Positions 28,689 through 32,000 of a DNA stretch of 32,000 bases are shown here, piece by piece. Source of the DNA: Geotalea daltonii FRC-32. Its GTDB lineage: Bacteria; Desulfobacterota; Desulfuromonadia; Geobacterales; Geobacteraceae. The stretch's first letter is position 1. Every line of letters begins with the position of its first letter. The notes under the pieces were generated by a model. It had not been told where the DNA came from, ran no database searches, and saw nothing but the letters and a program-made list of their open reading frames with translations. The translations under genes and the position numbers were made by a program. The stretch is from the NCBI RefSeq assembly GCF_000022265.1, contig NC_011979.1, forward strand, positions 1-32,000, given 5' to 3'.

Positions 28689-31061
28689 TCAGACAAGGCC
28701 GCGGTTGAAGTTGAAATCGGACGTTCCGTTCAGTTCCACTCCCCTGTCGAAGGCATTGATGATCCTGCCATAGTCGGCGGAAGAGATCTGGGAAAGGTCG
28801 AGAATGAAGGAGCTGCATCCCATCTCCTTTAGTTTTCCCTTGAATGCGGTCAGGGAAAACATGACATTTGGCGTAACTACTGTAAGACCATCCCTGTTTG
28901 TCACCACGTAGCCGTCATTGCGGTCGGAAACCACCGGTACATCGTTGCGCACATCCTTGATGCGGATTTTGGAGGTGATGGCAGGGACGCCGCAATAGGC
29001 GATGACGCGCCTTTTGATTGGCACATCGGCAGCCAATAGCTCCGCCATATTTTCCGCATCGTCCTCGATATAAAGTGTTGCCGCGCTGGCACCCAATTCC
29101 TGCCATGCCAGCAGCGCCTGGCTGTTAAGGGAGAAAAGCCGGTAATCGGTGGAAATCTCCACAGCATGGCCTGAAAGCAGCTCGAAATGGGAAAGATTCG
29201 TTGCCTCGAAGCGGCGGAAACCAAGGCTTGTCAAGGTGGTGACGGCTTCACGAAAAAAGGGTATATCCGCTTCGAAAATGATAAAGGGAAGCTGCCAGAT
29301 TACCTGCTGTTCCCGCGCCTTAAGCTTGCGGACAAACAGTGGCACCTGATGCATGTTAGCCCTGGACACCGGCATGATCAGTGAGTCGATTCCGTTCTGG
29401 TGGAGCAGATGGTAGTCACGGATATGCTCAAGGCGGACAGTGAGTTCCTCCCGACTTGCTTCTTTGGCAGCCTTCCTGCCGGCCAGGGCTTGAAGTGCAG
29501 CTTTGCGGTGGCCGCGGGTATGCGCCTTCAACTCCCCTGCCACCTTTTCGGCGAGCCGGCGGTAGAATTCCCGGCGAATTTCCTTTAGCTTAACCGGAGG
29601 GATGAGCACGGCCGGGAATCCGGGTGCGGCCAACGAGGCGAGGGTGAAGGCAGTATCACCTGTCTTGTTGAATTGGGCAGTAAGCACGGCCTCCATGTCG
29701 GTGGTGCGAGCCTCTTCCAGTTGTCCCAGAGGAAATTCCAGACATTCATTCTTTCCAGCAACCATCGCCTCGATGCGCAAATTATGGTCGACCATCGCCA
29801 GTTGCAGTTTGCAGGGCAGCTTGTCCCCCTTGACGGCATCCAGTTTTTTCAGGCAGGCGCTTTCGCTCATGGTGAAGGCCGTTTCCGATGAGACCTTGAA
29901 CACTGTGTCCCCGATCTTGAAGGGAAATGGCGATGGCGTGGAAACCAGAGCTTTTTCGTGGGCCTGTTTGACCTGTTGTTTGCCAAGGTAAAGTTCCTTG
30001 ATGGTAAAGGCGCGGCCAGCCATATCGCTTTTGGGTTGTACCCGGATGCGGTCCCCCACGTGCAGCTTGTCCTTTGTTTCAAAGGTGATGCGGTTACCCT
30101 GAATGGATTTGATGGCGCCGAGGAACCGGCCGGTAGCGCCTTTCAGGGAAGGGGTGGCGATATCGGTCGGCTGATGGGAGGCGAGAAAGCCCTTGGTTGG
30201 CACCCGGCCGAAAGAGAGCTTCAGGAGTTCCTTGGCCGCGGCCACCGCCTCGGCTCGTTTCCGTTCAGGGGCATCCAGAACCTGCCGGTAAGCGCCGACG
30301 ACACTGGCCACGTATTCGGCGGATTTCATCCTGCCTTCGATCTTCAGGGAAGAGACGCCTGCGTCCACGAGCTGGGGGAGCAAATCGATGCTGGAGAAAT
30401 CGTTGGTGGAGAAGTAGTAGCCCTCCTTGCCACGGTAGGTATACTGACGGCGGCAAGGCTGGGCGCAACGTCCCCGGTTGCCGCTGTGGCCGCCAAGAAA
30501 CGAAGAGAAGTAGCATTGCCCGGAGAAGGAGAAGCAGAGGGCACCGTGAATGAAGCATTCAATTTCTGCGGTGGTAGAGTCGGCGATGGCCCTGATCTCG
30601 TCCAGGTGCAGCTCACGGGCCAGCACCACTCGCTGGAAACCGAATTTTTCCAGTTGCTTCACCCCCAGGGAATTGTGAATGGTCATCTGGGTGGAGGCAT
30701 GGAGCGGAATGCCGGGGAAGAAATTCCTGATCAGGCGGGCCGTGGCCATATCCTGCAGGATGACCCCGTCGACCCGCATTTCTTCCAGGGAGGCAAGCAC
30801 TTCCACCAGGCGCGGCAGCTCTGATTCCTTGACCAGGGTGTTGATGGTGACATAAACTCTGCGTCCCATGCTGTGGGCATAGGCAAGCATCCGCTCCATC
30901 TGGGAAAGGGAAAAATTCTTCGCTTTGGCCCGGGCGGAAAAGTCTTGCAGCCCGGCATAAACGGCATCAGCGCCTTTTTCCATGGCGGCGAAAAATGCTT
31001 CCAGTGAGCCGGCGGGAGAGAGCAGCTCGGGCTTTTTTCTTGTTTTTTCTACAAAAGACAT
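28689..31061 (-). CDS. U32-family protein (peptidase U32 / PrtC-like, long form, 790 aa)
   Basis: N-terminal KPELLSPAGSLEAF. The U32 signature ECFIHGALCFSFSGQCYFSS is followed by GNRGRCAQPCR (Cys residues proposed as Fe-S ligands in this family). A long C-terminal extension follows. Confidence 0.92.
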   Translation of the reverse strand: MSFVEKTRKKPELLSPAGSLEAFFAAMEKGADAVYAGLQDFSARAKAKNFSLSQMERMLAYAHSMGRRVYVTINTLVKESELPRLVEVLASLEEMRVDGVILQDMATARLIRNFFPGIPLHASTQMTIHNSLGVKQLEKFGFQRVVLARELHLDEIRAIADSTTAEIECFIHGALCFSFSGQCYFSSFLGGHSGNRGRCAQPCRRQYTYRGKEGYYFSTNDFSSIDLLPQLVDAGVSSLKIEGRMKSAEYVASVVGAYRQVLDAPERKRAEAVAAAKELLKLSFGRVPTKGFLASHQPTDIATPSLKGATGRFLGAIKSIQGNRITFETKDKLHVGDRIRVQPKSDMAGRAFTIKELYLGKQQVKQAHEKALVSTPSPFPFKIGDTVFKVSSETAFTMSESACLKKLDAVKGDKLPCKLQLAMVDHNLRIEAMVAGKNECLEFPLGQLEEARTTDMEAVLTAQFNKTGDTAFTLASLAAPGFPAVLIPPVKLKEIRREFYRRLAEKVAGELKAHTRGHRKAALQALAGRKAAKEASREELTVRLEHIRDYHLLHQNGIDSLIMPVSRANMHQVPLFVRKLKAREQQVIWQLPFIIFEADIPFFREAVTTLTSLGFRRFEATNLSHFELLSGHAVEISTDYRLFSLNSQALLAWQELGASAATLYIEDDAENMAELLAADVPIKRRVIAYCGVPAITSKIRIKDVRNDVPVVSDRNDGYVVTNRDGLTVVTPNVMFSLTAFKGKLKEMGCSSFILDLSQISSADYGRIINAFDRGVELNGTSDFNFNRGLV

Positions 31062-31097
31062 CCGGTTAGACTACCCGAAGGGGGGAAAAGCGTCAAG

Positions 31098-31125
31098 TTG
31101 AATGAGCCAGTGCATGCCTTGTAAT
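31098..31125 (+). promoter_or_regulatory. Candidate sigma70-type promoter for the downstream REC-PAS-kinase gene
   Basis: -35 TTGAAT (31098-31103), a 16-nt spacer, and -10 TGTAAT (31120-31125), in the divergent U32/REC intergenic region. Motif match only. Confidence 0.25.
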
Positions 31126-31206
31126 GAAAGGGAAATCTGGTAACCTTTTATACGGTTTTGCCGGAGCATTCCGGCAGGGAGTGCGGGAAGTGAACCCGGG
31201 GGATGC

Positions 31207-32000
31207 GTGCCTGAACAGATCCGCATACTGATACTGGAGGATTCGGAAGAAGATGCAGTCCTCCTGGTCCGTGAGCTCAAAAAGGGGGGCATGGACCTGT
31301 CCCATGAAAGGATCGACACCCCAACCGCCCTTGAAAGGGCGTTAGTGCAAAGGACCTGGGATATTATCATTGCCGATTACCGCATGCCCGGTTTCAATGC
31401 TGTCGAGGCCCTGGAAATCCTCAGGGGAACCGACATGGATATCCCCTTCATCATCCTGTCTGGCAAGATAGGTGAAGATCTGGCCGTTGCCGCCATGAAA
31501 GCTGGCGCCAACGATTATGTCATGAAGAGCAACCTGTCGCGGCTGGTGCCGGCTATCCAGCGGGAATTACGGGAAGCAGAGGAAAGGAAACGGCGGCGGG
31601 AAGCGGAAGAGGCACTTAAGAATCAGTTCCGGCAGATTACCGCCATTTTCGATTCGATGAATGCCATGGTTTCTGTGGCTGATATGGAAAGTCACGAACT
31701 GTTGTTCATGAACCGTTTCGGCGGCAAACTGGCAGGGGGGGAATGGAAAGGGAAGAAGAGCCATGAAGTCCTGAACTATGACCAGTCCCTCTGTACCAAG
31801 GAGACGCTTTTGCGGGACGGTGAGCCTCAGCCACCTTTTGTCTGGGAATACCAGAACCCCATCTCCGGCAGGTGGTATCAGTGTATAGACAAGGCGATTT
31901 ACTGGCCGGATGGCAGGCTGGTCAGGCTGCAGATAGCAGTGGATATCAGCGAGCGCAAAGAGATTGAACAGATGAAGGACGAGATGATATCGGCGGTAAG
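31207..32000 (+). CDS. REC-PAS-(HisKA) sensor kinase, 3'-truncated by the window end
   Basis: GTG start (the only in-frame start after the stop at 31141-31143) with a GGGGGA RBS. My translation is (M)PEQIRILILEDSEEDAVLLVRELKKGG...IIADYRMPGF...SGKIGEDLAVAAMKAGANDYVMK (REC domain), then a PAS domain (FRQITAIFDSMNAMVSVADMES...RLQIAVDISERKE), then EQMKDEMISAV, which leads into an H-box. This ORF is not in the ORF track because it runs off the window. Confidence 0.85.
   Translation, partial: MPEQIRILILEDSEEDAVLLVRELKKGGMDLSHERIDTPTALERALVQRTWDIIIADYRMPGFNAVEALEILRGTDMDIPFIILSGKIGEDLAVAAMKAGANDYVMKSNLSRLVPAIQRELREAEERKRRREAEEALKNQFRQITAIFDSMNAMVSVADMESHELLFMNRFGGKLAGGEWKGKKSHEVLNYDQSLCTKETLLRDGEPQPPFVWEYQNPISGRWYQCIDKAIYWPDGRLVRLQIAVDISERKEIEQMKDEMISAV

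Noticed and set aside
31160-31175. Hairpin gccgga-gcat-tccggc in the U32/REC divergent intergenic region as a terminator or regulatory RNA.
   Set aside because: It is a 6-bp stem with no U-tract on either strand and it lies between two divergent gene starts. Evidence for any function is insufficient.

Overview
This window is the replication-origin neighbourhood of a bacterial chromosome. Gene order and protein sequences look Desulfuromonadales/Geobacter-like, but that is recalled synteny, not a search result.

Plus strand, in order:
- dnaA-dnaN-recF-gyrB-gyrA, a 520-aa unknown protein, and gpsA.
- A tightly packed block of about 9.5 kb holding four sensor histidine kinases. They are arranged as two 'membrane kinase -> receiver-fused kinase' pairs, and the fourth gene is broken by a frameshift. 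The block is translationally coupled to an ABC-2 exporter.
- A NirJ/AhbD-like radical SAM/SPASM enzyme, hemE, a small secreted Lys/His-rich protein, a DUF2127-like membrane protein, a quinol-type nitric oxide reductase (qNOR) and a small Cys-rich protein.

Minus strand: a U32-family protein, a 177-aa unknown and Hsp33 (hslO), which look like one operon. The window ends inside another REC-PAS-kinase gene.

By eye I found no rRNA, tRNA, CRISPR array, transposase, integrase or phage-like gene. I do not see a clear-cut novel defence or mobile system; the region is mostly core genome.

The observations most worth a second look are:
- the output-less four-kinase plus exporter operon;
- the frameshift in kinase 4;
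- a G1 ATP-lid motif in kinase 1 that survives only out of frame;
- an octamer-repeat palindromic element upstream of hemE;
- the AhbD-like enzyme next to hemE;
- the U32-unknown-Hsp33 operon;
- a GC-content step after recF.

All functional calls rest on motif recognition in the supplied translations. No database search was run.
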